From Myxococcota bacterium (GTDB lineage: Bacteria > Myxococcota_C > UBA6777): a DNA stretch of 64,000 nt. Where the stretch lies: contig JAKLKB010000024.1 in assembly GCA_023150835.1 (NCBI GenBank), positions 4,534 to 68,533 of the forward strand, given 5' to 3'. The notes beneath the pieces were generated by a model that saw nothing but the letters and a program-made list of their open reading frames with translations, made no database searches and was not told the DNA's origin. The position numbers were made by a program, and so were the translations under genes. Position 1 is the stretch's first letter; the number at the start of each line of letters is the position of its first letter. Below are positions 39,373-49,600 of this stretch, one piece after another.

Positions 39373-40335
39373 TTATTCTTTGATCTCGTAGCGCATATCC
39401 ACGACTTTTCCGCCGCGTTGGACGGAGACGTTCAACGAGGAAGCGGACATCAGGTTGCTGTAGGCTTCGAGGGCTTTTTGGGGGCTGTTGAACTGGTAGC
39501 CGTTGATCTGGCGGATCACGTCGTCGTTCTTGATACCGATCTTTTCGTAGAGTGATCCGGGTCGGATGCTGTAAATGCGAAAGCCAACGGGCTGTCCTTT
39601 TTCAAAGAACGGAACGATCGCGGCTTTGGAGGCGAGGAGGTCGAGTCGTTCGGTGACTTTGGAGATAAAGTCGCGGGGGATCTGGTAGCGGCCATTTTCG
39701 ACTTGTCGGACTTTGCTGGTGTCAAAGTCGGTATCGCGGAGTTTTCGGTATGTATTGTAGTAGTTGTCTTGGTAGTTGTTGCCGAGCTGTCCGGCTTTTT
39801 TACCGATTTCGATAAATTCGAGTCGGCCTGAGCCGCGATCGACTTTGAGGAAGCGCGGTTCGATCTTGCAGATGCGGATGCCTTTGTAGACCTCGTCCGT
39901 TCGGACGACGATCACTTGTCGATCGATCGCGTCGTAGAGGGCGGCGACGCTGAGTGTTGGATCTGTTGCGGCGACGGTGCCTTTGAGTTCGAGAGGAAGG
40001 GTTTTGGATTCGCGGTATCCGCCAGCGGGACAGGTCGCTGTTTTGGGATCGTTGGGTTTTTCTTTCATTTTGTCTGGTTCTTGGCGTGGGGGGGGCGGTT
40101 GGAGGGGGGCTTGGTTGGGATCGAACAGGTTGGCTTGGTTGAGGACGGCGAATTGGGCGGTCTTCTTTTGAAGAGGCGACTCCATCGGGCCGTCGGAGAC
40201 GACGATGTAAGGGATGGCAGGGGGAAGGGAGGCGCGTACGGCTTGGCTGACGGTCGCAGCGAGAAAGTAGCTGCTGCTCAAGACAAAGAGCAGCTTAAAG
40301 CTCCAAAAGTGTGTCTTAAACAACAGTTCAAACAT
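39373..40335 (-). CDS. gspC: Type II secretion protein C (TM plus PDZ domain)
   Basis: C-terminal PDZ (GFRIYSIRPGSLYEKIGIKNDDVIRQINGY); first gene of the operon. Confidence 0.55.
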   Translation of the reverse strand: MFELLFKTHFWSFKLLFVLSSSYFLAATVSQAVRASLPPAIPYIVVSDGPMESPLQKKTAQFAVLNQANLFDPNQAPLQPPPPRQEPDKMKEKPNDPKTATCPAGGYRESKTLPLELKGTVAATDPTLSVAALYDAIDRQVIVVRTDEVYKGIRICKIEPRFLKVDRGSGRLEFIEIGKKAGQLGNNYQDNYYNTYRKLRDTDFDTSKVRQVENGRYQIPRDFISKVTERLDLLASKAAIVPFFEKGQPVGFRIYSIRPGSLYEKIGIKNDDVIRQINGYQFNSPQKALEAYSNLMSASSLNVSVQRGGKVVDMRYEIKE

Positions 40336-40461
40336 CTTTCACCTCGGACGGTAGGGGAGATTCGGCGAACAAGCCTCTCACTTGAGAGCAGCGAAGGGAC
40401 AATGCCTTCGGCTTGGCTGCTTTTTGGGAAGGCCGCGCACCAAGCAAGAAAACGGCGTCTG

Positions 40462-40476
40462 GCAAAAAGCAAGCCA
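40462..40476 (-). promoter_or_regulatory. Candidate sigma-54 (-24/-12) promoter for the gsp operon: minus strand reads TGGCTT-GCTTT-TTGC
   Basis: GG-N10-GC spacing is exact; ~125 nt upstream of the gspC start; an NtrC-type activator is encoded immediately upstream. Confidence 0.35.
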
Positions 40477-40650
40477 ATCACAAGATACAAGTGATTTTTG
40501 TTGTGTGTTCCAGAGAGAGAAAGCGAGGCGTGGTGGTGATGTGGAGGCCACAGCGCTGGCGCGGTCTGTTTTCTGGAGGGCGCGGCGTAGCATAGGATGC
40601 CTTGGGGCGGGATGCAAATGTTTGACATCTTGTCAACGTGGTGGGGAGGG

Positions 40651-42138
40651 CTATGGCAAAGAAGCATCTGGAGCGTCGTTGGGGTGGATGGGCCGTTCGG
40701 TGCCTTCGGAACCGTCGATTGGTAGGGGTTTTTCGTCTTCGGTTTTTTCATCTTCGGGTTTTTTGTCGCTCTCTTTGTCGCCGTCTTGAAAGGCTTCAAT
40801 CTTGCGATAGATGGTGCGGGTGGCGACGCCAAGGAGTTGGGCGGTGAGTTTTTTGTCGCCCTCAGTGCGGCGGAGAGTTTCGCTGATGACGTGGCGTTCG
40901 ATCTCATCGAGCGGAGTCCCAAAGGGGATAATAAAGTAGTTCCCATCGGTGTTGGTTTGATGGACTTCGGGCGGGAGATCGGAGGGTTTGATGTGTGTGC
41001 TGGGAGCGAGGACGACAGCGCGTTCGATCACATTTTCGAGTTGGCGGACGTTGCCGGGCCAAGCGTATTGCTTGAGGATCTCGATGGTTTCTTTTTCGAG
41101 ATGCAAAAGGGGCTTGCGGTTTTTTTGGGCGTATTTGTCGAGGAAATGTTGAGCGAGCAGGGGGATATCGTCGGGGCGTTCGCGCAGAGGGGGGATATGG
41201 ATCTCGATCACATGGAGTCGATAGTAGAGGTCTTCGCGAAAACGGCCTTGTTTGACTTCTTGGCGGAGGTTTTTGTTGGTTGCGGCGATCAGGCGGATAT
41301 CGATGGGGGTGGAGAGTGTACCGCCGAGCCGCTCAATCCGACGGCTTTGGAGGACACGCAGAAGCTTAACTTGTACGCTGGGCACGATCTCGCCGATCTC
41401 ATCGAGGAAAAGGGTTCCTGCGTGGGCCAGCTCAAATCGACCGGGCTTTGCGTTGTTTGCGCCCGTGAATGCGCCTTTTTCGTAGCCAAAGAGTTCGCTA
41501 TCAAGGAGGGTTTCAGGAAAGGCCGCGCAGTTGAGGGCGATGAACTTTTGATGGCCTCGGTGACTCAGGCGATGGATCTCGCGGGCGATGAGTTCTTTTC
41601 CTGTGCCGGACTCGCCTTGGATCAAGACGGTTGCGTCGGTGGGAGCGGCTTGTTTGACGATATCCATCGTGCGTCGGAGGGCTGGGCTTTGGCCGACGAT
41701 CAAGGGGGTTTCTTCGATATCTTGGAGGCGTTGTCGGAGATGTTGGTTTTCTTGGAGCAAAGAGGAGCGGTCAAGGGCTTTTTCGACGAGTTTGAGGATA
41801 TCGCGGCGTTTGAGTGGTTTGGTGATAAAGTCGTACGCGCCTTGTTTGATCGCTTCGACAGCGCGCTCGATGCTGCCGTAGGCGGTCATGGTGATAACTT
41901 CGGTGTGTGTGGAGATAGCTTTGATCGCTTTGAGCAAGGATAGCCCGTCCATTTGGGGCATCATGATATCGCACAACACCACATCGATCGGATGTTGGCG
42001 AACGAGATCCAAGCCTTCTCTCCCGTTTGCTGCGGTGAGTACGTTGTAGCCTTCGCGTTGAAAGATACGGCTCAACGATTCGACGTTTCCGGGTTCGTCA
42101 TCGACGATTAGGACGGTGTAGCTGTGTGCGTTTTGCAA
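40651..42138 (-). CDS. Sigma-54-dependent response regulator (NtrC family: REC, AAA+ sigma-54 activator, HTH) with an acidic C-terminal tail
   Basis: Receiver D-box, GESGTGKE Walker A, GAFTGA loop, ESELFGYEKGAFTGA. Confidence 0.8.
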   Translation of the reverse strand: MQNAHSYTVLIVDDEPGNVESLSRIFQREGYNVLTAANGREGLDLVRQHPIDVVLCDIMMPQMDGLSLLKAIKAISTHTEVITMTAYGSIERAVEAIKQGAYDFITKPLKRRDILKLVEKALDRSSLLQENQHLRQRLQDIEETPLIVGQSPALRRTMDIVKQAAPTDATVLIQGESGTGKELIAREIHRLSHRGHQKFIALNCAAFPETLLDSELFGYEKGAFTGANNAKPGRFELAHAGTLFLDEIGEIVPSVQVKLLRVLQSRRIERLGGTLSTPIDIRLIAATNKNLRQEVKQGRFREDLYYRLHVIEIHIPPLRERPDDIPLLAQHFLDKYAQKNRKPLLHLEKETIEILKQYAWPGNVRQLENVIERAVVLAPSTHIKPSDLPPEVHQTNTDGNYFIIPFGTPLDEIERHVISETLRRTEGDKKLTAQLLGVATRTIYRKIEAFQDGDKESDKKPEDEKTEDEKPLPIDGSEGTERPIHPNDAPDASLP

Positions 42139-42312
42139 GGGGTCCTCGCGATTGTTTTTGGAGAGATTTGCGCTTTTTCTCAGAGATCAGGCATCCTAAG
42201 GATGGATCGTGCTTGACAAGCACGGTGGAAAGACCGAAAACCACAAGATCGACGCTGTTTCCCGTTTTGATCTTTTCATCTGATCGGGCAAACCCGATCC
42301 ATTGAGGCTCCG

Positions 42313-43563
42313 ATGTCCAAACAGAAAGGCCAATCGAACAAGCGACTTAGCTGTTCGTTTTGTCACAAGAACCAACATGAAGTACGAAAGCTGATCGCTG
42401 GACCCAACGTATACATCTGCGATGAGTGTGTGCAACTGTGCAACGACATCATCGCCAACGCATTTGACCCCGAAGAAGCACGCCCGTCACTGGATATCCC
42501 CAAGCCGATCGAGATCAAAGAATTTTTGGATCAGTACGTCATTGGTCAAGATCTTGCGAAAAAAGTCCTGTCTGTCGCGGTGTATAACCATTACAAGCGG
42601 GTCGAATGCCGGCCTCGTACGGGGGAAGTCGAACTTCAAAAGTCGAATATCTTGTTGGTGGGACCGACAGGTTCAGGGAAAACGTTGCTTGCACAAAGCC
42701 TCGCACGTTTTCTGGACGTGCCTTTTGCGATGGCCGATGCAACGACCTTGACCGAGGCCGGTTATGTCGGCGAAGACGTCGAGAATGTGTTGGTGAGCCT
42801 ATTACAAGCCTCGGATTACAAGCTGGAGCGAGCCGAGCGAGGCATCGTATACATCGACGAGATCGACAAGATCGCTCGAAAAAGTGAATCCGCTTCGATC
42901 ACTCGCGATGTTTCTGGCGAAGGCGTTCAACAAGCCTTGTTGCGGATGCTGGAGGGGACGGTTGCCAATGTCCCCGCCAAAGGGGGCCGCAAACATCCCC
43001 ACCAAGAGTTTATCCAGCTCGACACCACGAATATCTTGTTTGTGGTGGGCGGAGCTTTTCACGGCATCGAGAAGATGATCGAAAAGCGGATCGCAGGAAG
43101 TCAGATCGGATTCCATGCGACTGTCCGTAGCAAGAAAGACTTTCGACTGGGTGAGCTTCTGCATCAAAGCGAACCCGAGGACCTAATTAAGTTTGGTTTG
43201 ATCCCCGAGTTTGTTGGACGCTTGCCTGTGGTGGCCACGATGGATGATCTCGACGAAGCCTCTTTGCTTCGTATCCTCAAAGAGCCTAAAAATGCGCTGG
43301 TTCGGCAGTACGAAAAACTCTTTATGATGGAAGGCGTCGCGCTACACTTCACCGAAGAAGCGCTCAAGGCGATCGCCAAAAAATGCATGGAACGCCAAAG
43401 CGGCGCACGCGGCTTGCGCGCCATCATGGAATCCGTCATGCTCGACGTGATGTACGATCTCCCCTCCCTTGAAGGCGTCAAAGAGTGCATCATCGACGCC
43501 GACGTCGTTCTCCATAGCGCCCCACCCACCATGATCTACAAAGAACACAAAAAATCCGCTTGA
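42313..43563 (+). CDS. clpX: ATP-dependent Clp protease ATP-binding subunit ClpX (canonical, with zinc-binding domain)
   Basis: CSFCHK...CDEC zinc-binding domain, [18 protein letters not shown]. Confidence 0.9.
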   Translation: MSKQKGQSNKRLSCSFCHKNQHEVRKLIAGPNVYICDECVQLCNDIIANAFDPEEARPSLDIPKPIEIKEFLDQYVIGQDLAKKVLSVAVYNHYKRVECRPRTGEVELQKSNILLVGPTGSGKTLLAQSLARFLDVPFAMADATTLTEAGYVGEDVENVLVSLLQASDYKLERAERGIVYIDEIDKIARKSESASITRDVSGEGVQQALLRMLEGTVANVPAKGGRKHPHQEFIQLDTTNILFVVGGAFHGIEKMIEKRIAGSQIGFHATVRSKKDFRLGELLHQSEPEDLIKFGLIPEFVGRLPVVATMDDLDEASLLRILKEPKNALVRQYEKLFMMEGVALHFTEEALKAIAKKCMERQSGARGLRAIMESVMLDVMYDLPSLEGVKECIIDADVVLHSAPPTMIYKEHKKSA

Positions 43564-43724
43564 ACGTTGCCGAACGCTTTGCTCTGTGGGAGAGCTTTGC
43601 TCTGTGAAAGAGCCTTGCTCTCCCCCTCGCGGCAGCAGCGAGGCTTTGCGATTTTTTGGATCTTGGGTAAAAAGGTGGGAGAACGCAGAAGAAACGGAGG
43701 TGGGAGTGGCGCGGTGGGGAAAAA

Positions 43725-43860
43725 CCCCCGTGTTCGCGGTGCTTCAAGCGACAGAGCTTTTCGGGTGAAAAACGTTGTTCTCTTCGCCGATACGGGGTCA
43801 AGGGGGCTGGGACCCCTTGCGGGGTATGGGGCAGCGCCCCATCAGAGCGATGGTGGCCTA
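43725..43860. repeat. Family B ~130-bp element between the convergent genes clpX and rpsI
   Basis: Consensus match. Confidence 0.6.
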
Positions 43861-43931
43861 TCCGAGCGATGATAGCGCACCATCCGAACGGGGTAGGGCT
43901 TGATCCAATCGAGCGATCGCGTTTGAGAGGA

Positions 43932-44546
43932 TTAACGCTTGGAGTACTGGAAGCGTTTGCGGGCTGCGGGGCGACCGTATTTTTTACGTTCTTTGACGCG
44001 GGCATCGCGGGTGAGGAGTCCAGCGCGTTTGAGGGCGAGGCGGATCGGGCCGCTGTTGACGTTGCCGGCTTCGTCGAGCTTGCCGTATTGGGGATTTTTG
44101 GCGAGTTCGAAACGGGCCAAAGCACGTGCGATGCCGTGACGGATGGCACCTGCTTGACCGCTGTGACCGCCGCCGCTGACGTTGACGAACACATCGAATT
44201 GTTCGAGCATTTTGGCGGCTTCAAAGGGTTGTTGCACGATCATACGGAGGGTTTGACGGCCAAAGTACTCGTCGAGTGGGGTGTAGCGGAAGGCTTTTTT
44301 GCCGGTGCGAGCGGTGCGGGGGACGCCGAATTCGCCCTCTTGGAGTTTGGGGGAGAAGATGGCTTTTTCTTCGACGGTTTCGCCGCTACGGGGATCGGTG
44401 TAAGAGACAGTAAGATCGGCGCTTTTGGGCATGACGCGCCATTTGCGGATATGGATCTTGCCCGAGCCGGGGACAAGGATCACGCGAGCCACGGAGGTTT
44501 TGCGTTTTCCGGTGGCTTGCCAACGCTCGCCTTTTACGATCATCAT
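43932..44546 (-). CDS. rpsI: 30S ribosomal protein S9, unusually long (204 aa) because of two internal insertions
   Basis: [10 protein letters not shown]..., [33 protein letters not shown]...SKR. Confidence 0.8.
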   Translation of the reverse strand: MMIVKGERWQATGKRKTSVARVILVPGSGKIHIRKWRVMPKSADLTVSYTDPRSGETVEEKAIFSPKLQEGEFGVPRTARTGKKAFRYTPLDEYFGRQTLRMIVQQPFEAAKMLEQFDVFVNVSGGGHSGQAGAIRHGIARALARFELAKNPQYGKLDEAGNVNSGPIRLALKRAGLLTRDARVKERKKYGRPAARKRFQYSKR

Positions 44547-44561
44547 GACGGTGTACTCCTA

Positions 44562-45002
44562 TTAGCCTTTGATTTCAAGATTTTGAGGTTGTTGCGCTTG
44601 GTGAGGATGCTCGGGGCCGGTATAGACTTTGAGTTTGCGGATCATCTGGCGCCCGATCGAGTTTTTGGGGAGCATCCCTTTGATGGCGAGGAGGAGCACG
44701 TCTTCGGGTTTGGTTTCGAGCATTTGGCGTGCGGTGCGTGTGCGGAGTCCACCCGGGCGACCCGTGTGTTTGCGGTACAGTTTGCGGTCGAGTTTGCGGC
44801 CCGTCAGTTTGAGGTGTTCGACGTTGATCACGACGACAAAGTCGCCGCAGTCGATAAAGGGAGTGAACTCGGGTTTATTTTTGCCCCGTAGGACAGAAGC
44901 GATATGAGCGGCGGCGCGTCCGAGGACTTGGTCTTTCATATCGACGACATACCACTTGCGCTCTTGTTGCGCGTTTTGTTCGTTCGGCATAAACGTTTTC
45001 AT
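44562..45002 (-). CDS. rplM: 50S ribosomal protein L13
   Basis: MKTF...KWYVVDMKDQVLGRAA...; start at the Met matching the L13 N-terminus. Confidence 0.85.
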   Translation of the reverse strand: MKTFMPNEQNAQQERKWYVVDMKDQVLGRAAAHIASVLRGKNKPEFTPFIDCGDFVVVINVEHLKLTGRKLDRKLYRKHTGRPGGLRTRTARQMLETKPEDVLLLAIKGMLPKNSIGRQMIRKLKVYTGPEHPHQAQQPQNLEIKG

Positions 45003-45506
45003 GTTAAAAACCTGTGTTCTTGTGCTTGTCTGCGCCAAATTTTCGAGGTTCGTTCGCCGCGAAGGACGGACGTTACCCAAAAGGAATCGGTTGTAGGACA
45101 GGCATTTGGCTAAGGGATAGAGAAAAGAGGCTTCCGTCCTTTGGGTCAGGAAGGGTGCGAAAACAGAACGTGATCTTGTTTGAACCGAGCGAGAGAGGTC
45201 ACCAGCGTCTCAAAGTGGTGTAACGGGGCTTCGAGGCGGGATCGATTCGATCTCGCGAGCGTTGCTTTGGGGGGAGGTGATCGCGTTGGCGGTGAAAAGG
45301 CTCGCCAAACACCTGTTTTCAAAGCGAGGGAAGGTTCTAACCGAAAGCATCGATCTTGTCAAGACGATTTGCGAAGTTATTGCAGTTTATGGACAAAGAT
45401 CGCGTAAAGGATGATAAAAACGCTCAGAGATCCGAGCCAAAGCATCAAGAAACCGGTGGGGTCTTTACGTGGCGCGGTGGTGGTGGTTTGATGGGCGTCC
45501 GTTTTT

Positions 45507-46298
45507 TTGGGGGTGCTACTCAAGGCGAGACTCCTTTGTGGTACGTTTGTGCGTTGTGCGTGTCAGCGGGTATGGCAAAGACGCGCTTGGACAAAGATGG
45601 GAGATCATGTGTTTTTGGTTCGTCTTGTCAAGTGTGGTGTTGTTTTTTGGCAGGTGTGGTGGGGTGTGGCGTGGGTGTGGCTTGTTGGTGCGGGCTGTGT
45701 TCCGCGAGTACGCTTGCCCGAGCCTAGGCCCTTTGTGGAAGATCGAAATAGCGGCGATGCGGCGTATCGTGCGTTGTTGTCGCGTGGTTATGCGCAGGCT
45801 CAAGCGGAGGCTTGGGAGCAGGTTGCGGCGTGTTGGGATGTTCGTGGAGCGTGGGGAAAGTTGTTGTACCAAGTGGAGTTGATATCGGGGCAGATCCCGC
45901 GTTGTCGTTTGGTGCGGATGACGTTGCATTATCAAGAGCACCGTCCGACGGCGAGTTGGAGGCGGTTGTTTGCGTTGCAACGCGATCGCTTGTTTACGGC
46001 GCAAGATGCGTACACTTTTTCGGCGCAAGTCGCACAAGAGCGAAAGGTCTTGCGTCGGCAGTGCGCAGAGGCGTGTCCGTTTGCTTTGCCTGCCTACATC
46101 GGAGCGTATCGAGGGCCGATGATGTGGCTGATGACGCGAGAACAATCCGAGCTACCGCCCGATACTCGCACTCCCCCACTGCCGCGCAGCGTACCACCGC
46201 AGCGCAGCGCACCACCGCAGCGCAGCGTACCACCGCAGCGCAGCGTACCGCCACCGCGTGATCTGCCCACCACTCGGCAGGTTCGGCCTTCGCCGTAA
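45507..46298 (+). CDS. Hypothetical protein with a C-terminal PQRSVPPQRS 18-bp-unit tandem repeat
   Basis: ORF; coding strand chosen over the Arg-rich antisense ORF. Confidence 0.3.
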   Translation: MGVLLKARLLCGTFVRCACQRVWQRRAWTKMGDHVFLVRLVKCGVVFWQVWWGVAWVWLVGAGCVPRVRLPEPRPFVEDRNSGDAAYRALLSRGYAQAQAEAWEQVAACWDVRGAWGKLLYQVELISGQIPRCRLVRMTLHYQEHRPTASWRRLFALQRDRLFTAQDAYTFSAQVAQERKVLRRQCAEACPFALPAYIGAYRGPMMWLMTREQSELPPDTRTPPLPRSVPPQRSAPPQRSVPPQRSVPPPRDLPTTRQVRPSP

Positions 46299-46318
46299 AC
46301 AACCAAGAGGATCGTGAT

Positions 46319-47599
46319 GTGAAAGATCAAAACAAACGAAACAAGCCAAGGAAGCGGGATTCTCACACGGGTATCACGGCACTTGCGCAAGGCGGAGGGC
46401 ATCGGCACTCGAAAGAGGTCGAGGCGTTTTCTTCGCAGACGAGCGCACAGGGGCAGGCTGCTGTGGTCGGCGAGAGAGTGATGACGTCGGTCGGTGAGGC
46501 CCACGTCGCGCAGGTCGAGGGCCATCTTGTGTTGGACCCGAAAGAACACGGTGGGGGGGATATCCATCCGTTGAATGATCCGCAGGACGTGCGGTTTTAT
46601 GGGATCGCCTATTGTTCGGCTTGGATAGAGGAGCGGGCATTTGAGGACGAAGGAGCTTTTTTTGCGTGGAAGCAAGAACTGAGCAAGCGTGCGCCGAGCG
46701 AAGAGGTGATCTTTTGGTTTAACATCAACGACAACATGGACAAGGAGATGCTTGCGCGTGTGCAGCGGCGTTTTGATCTGCATCCTTTGGTACGCGAAGA
46801 TATCTCGGATGTGCGCCAACGCCCGAAGTTCGAGGAGTACGAGCAAAGCTTATATATCTTGTTGAAGATGTTGACGTACAGCGAAACGAAAGAGGCGATG
46901 GAACGCGAGCAGATCAGCATCTTTTGGGGGCGGGATTGGGTGTTGACGATCCAAGAGCGCGAGGGGGATGTGTTTCAGCATCTGCGCCGCCGTTTGCGCG
47001 AAGGGATCGGGCTTTTGCGCAAAAAAGGCTCGGATTATCTGGTGTACGGTTTGTTTAGTGCGATCTTGGATCAGTACTTTGTGGTCTTGGATCGTTTGAA
47101 CGATCGGATCGAAGAGTTGGAAGATGCGTTGTTGGAACAGACGGGGCATCGGGAGCTTTTAGAAGATCTGTATCTGTTGCGCCGCCAGTTGATGCGTGTT
47201 CGCAAGGCGGTGTGGCCGGTGCGTGAGATCGTGCGCGGGATGCAGGAGTGCGAGAGTCCCATCATCCAAGAAGCGATGTCTGCGTATCTGCGGAATCTCT
47301 TGGATGAGTCGATGCAGATTGGGGATATGGTCGAAAACGCTCGTGAATTGGCAGCGAGCTTAATGGATCTGCACTTGTCTACGGTGAATGCGCGGATGGG
47401 AGTGGCGATGCGTTGGTTGGCGATGGTGTCGTTGACCTTCGTTCCGCTGAATTTGATCGCGGCGATCTATGGGATGAACTTTAAGTATATGCCTGAGTTG
47501 CAGTGGAGATACGGATATTTTGGGATCTTGGGTTTGATGGTGTTCATCGCGTCGGGTTTGACGTGGTTGTTTTATTCGAGGGGGTGGTTTCGCTCTTGA
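46319..47599 (+). CDS. corA: CorA-family Mg2+/Co2+ transporter
   Basis: YGMNF (GMN) motif followed by two C-terminal TM helices; start may be the internal Met near 46481. Confidence 0.75.
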   Translation: MKDQNKRNKPRKRDSHTGITALAQGGGHRHSKEVEAFSSQTSAQGQAAVVGERVMTSVGEAHVAQVEGHLVLDPKEHGGGDIHPLNDPQDVRFYGIAYCSAWIEERAFEDEGAFFAWKQELSKRAPSEEVIFWFNINDNMDKEMLARVQRRFDLHPLVREDISDVRQRPKFEEYEQSLYILLKMLTYSETKEAMEREQISIFWGRDWVLTIQEREGDVFQHLRRRLREGIGLLRKKGSDYLVYGLFSAILDQYFVVLDRLNDRIEELEDALLEQTGHRELLEDLYLLRRQLMRVRKAVWPVREIVRGMQECESPIIQEAMSAYLRNLLDESMQIGDMVENARELAASLMDLHLSTVNARMGVAMRWLAMVSLTFVPLNLIAAIYGMNFKYMPELQWRYGYFGILGLMVFIASGLTWLFYSRGWFRS

Positions 47600-49398
47600 A
47601 GCAGGTATGGGCGTTGTCGAGCGTGCGTTGGTGGCGAGACGTGGCGGGTGGACGTGTCGAGATCGTCTTGAGCGAATGGGGCGGAGAAGCCTTGGAAGAG
47701 GAGGACGTGATCTCTTTGAGGGAAGGCATGATCTTGTGTGGAGGACCGATCCCTTCGGAAGAATCGACATCGTATGGGTTGATCTACGATGGCCGAGAGG
47801 CTCCGTTGGCGATCGCATCGGTGCAATTGCAGGAGCAGCGTGATTATGTGCTGGAGGTCTTGTGGGAGGGGGAGGGCGAGGCTCCGCAGTTTGCGTGTTT
47901 TCCGCAGTTTTCGTCTGCGGTCTTTCATGCGCATCGGACTCGTCGCAAGGGCGTGATCGCGGGGGGAAAGTTGAACTTTCGGGATTATGTGGGAGGGGCT
48001 TGGTTTGAGGTGGATTGGGGCGGTCGGGCGATGTGGCGGGAATCGGTCGAGGTGCGCTCGAAAAAGTTGGATTATTTGCAGGAGTATGTGGTGTTGATGG
48101 AGGACTTGGCTGCACAGGCAACAGCGCTGTTGTTTCAAGTCAAAAGCCCCGTGTATGCGGTCTTTCAACAAGCCCGTGCGGGTCGTGCGCGGGCGGGCTT
48201 AGAACACTTTTTGTTGCTGCGCCATGTGTTGCTCGATCCTTCGATGGATGCGGCTTTTTGGGAGATCGCGCAATCGCCCATCCAAGCCCTTCGCCAAGAA
48301 CAGCGTTGGCGACCTACTGCACAGGTCTCTTCAATCGATCCGCGCTCTTGGTTGCGAGGGTTGCACAAAGGTGGCGTGTATCGGTCTTTTCCAGAGAATG
48401 CGGCGACGGGCGCTAACGATCGATGCCTCGAACCTCGCCGAAAACTGGGGCATCACGGAACATCGGAGCGTCACGATATCTTGCCGACTCAAGTCGTGCC
48501 GGCGCGGTTGCCTGTTTGGGCCAAGACGTGGACTTCGGATACCTCGGAAAACCGCTTTGTGTTGTGGCTGCTCGATTCGTTGTCGCGGATATTGGAGGAG
48601 ATGAGACAGGTGTTTCGTCGGGCTGGGGAAGTCGGTTATGTGGGGGAGTTGGAGCGGTTGGGTCGTTTGTGTGAAGTGTGGCGTACGCGATTGCCCTTTG
48701 CAGGGGAGGTTCCGTCGGAGTGGCCGCGTGTGTTTCCATTTGCGCATCTGCGGGGGCGGGCAGGTTATCGCGAGGTGCTGGCTTGTTCGGAGCGGATGTC
48801 TTCGATCTTGCAGCTTTCATGGGAAGAGGGGGCGCAAGCGATCGCAGGGCCGCTGCGGGATATGGCGAAACTTTACGAATACTGGGCTTTTTTTGAGATA
48901 TGGCGGGCATTGAACAAGATCGCAACGCCGACGGGACCTGTGTTTCCACAGACGGTCGAGGAATCACAGGGGCTTGTGTTGCGGCTCAAGCGCGGCGCGG
49001 ACAGTGCGCTGCATTTTGTCTCTGGGGACTTGGTGTTGGTGTTGTACTACCAACTGCGTTTTGAGGTGGGAGGCGGGATCTTACAATCATACTCTGTGCC
49101 GATGACACCCGACTTTTCGATCGTGTTGCGGCGGAAAGAACAGGTGTTGGGCGTTTTGTGTTTTGATGCAAAGTATCGGCCTGAAGGGTCGCTCGAAAAG
49201 ATGCACGCCTATCGGGACGCGTTGCGGGGTGCGTTGGGGGTTTATTTGCTGTACCCGGGAGATCCCCAAGAACCTGTGATCTTTACGCAAGATCCGAATC
49301 GTCCGCTGTTGGGGGTTGGCGCATTCCCCTTGCGTCCGCAACCCTCGGCTCGCCAATGGCTTCCTGCCTTTTTGTCGGTGATCTTGGAACAAGTTTAG
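47503..49398 (+). CDS. Large hypothetical protein whose C-terminal region carries a candidate PD-(D/E)xK nuclease motif (start uncertain, probably ~47600-47730)
   Basis: ...PDFSIVL...VLCFDAKYR...; the ORF's 5' end overlaps the corA 3' end in another frame. Confidence 0.45.
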   Translation: MEIRIFWDLGFDGVHRVGFDVVVLFEGVVSLLKQVWALSSVRWWRDVAGGRVEIVLSEWGGEALEEEDVISLREGMILCGGPIPSEESTSYGLIYDGREAPLAIASVQLQEQRDYVLEVLWEGEGEAPQFACFPQFSSAVFHAHRTRRKGVIAGGKLNFRDYVGGAWFEVDWGGRAMWRESVEVRSKKLDYLQEYVVLMEDLAAQATALLFQVKSPVYAVFQQARAGRARAGLEHFLLLRHVLLDPSMDAAFWEIAQSPIQALRQEQRWRPTAQVSSIDPRSWLRGLHKGGVYRSFPENAATGANDRCLEPRRKLGHHGTSERHDILPTQVVPARLPVWAKTWTSDTSENRFVLWLLDSLSRILEEMRQVFRRAGEVGYVGELERLGRLCEVWRTRLPFAGEVPSEWPRVFPFAHLRGRAGYREVLACSERMSSILQLSWEEGAQAIAGPLRDMAKLYEYWAFFEIWRALNKIATPTGPVFPQTVEESQGLVLRLKRGADSALHFVSGDLVLVLYYQLRFEVGGGILQSYSVPMTPDFSIVLRRKEQVLGVLCFDAKYRPEGSLEKMHAYRDALRGALGVYLLYPGDPQEPVIFTQDPNRPLLGVGAFPLRPQPSARQWLPAFLSVILEQV

Positions 49399-49600
49399 GC
49401 GTTGCAAGGGGATGAGCGTGGCTTGGATTGACAGATTTGATTTTTCGCTTGTATGTACATCGTACCATCCGAGAGATAGGCAGGTTTGGTTTTGTCCTGC
49501 GAGGCTTGACCTGTTGCTTGGAGCTTGGCAGGCAGAGCGCTGTCGCCCGTGATGCAGGCCAAGGGGCTTGACCCGTTGAGCGGAGCTTGGGAGGCGTTGG

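Noticed and set aside
45516-46145. 209-aa minus-strand ORF
   Set aside because: Arg-rich junk translation antisense to the more protein-like plus ORF, which has TM and helical segments.
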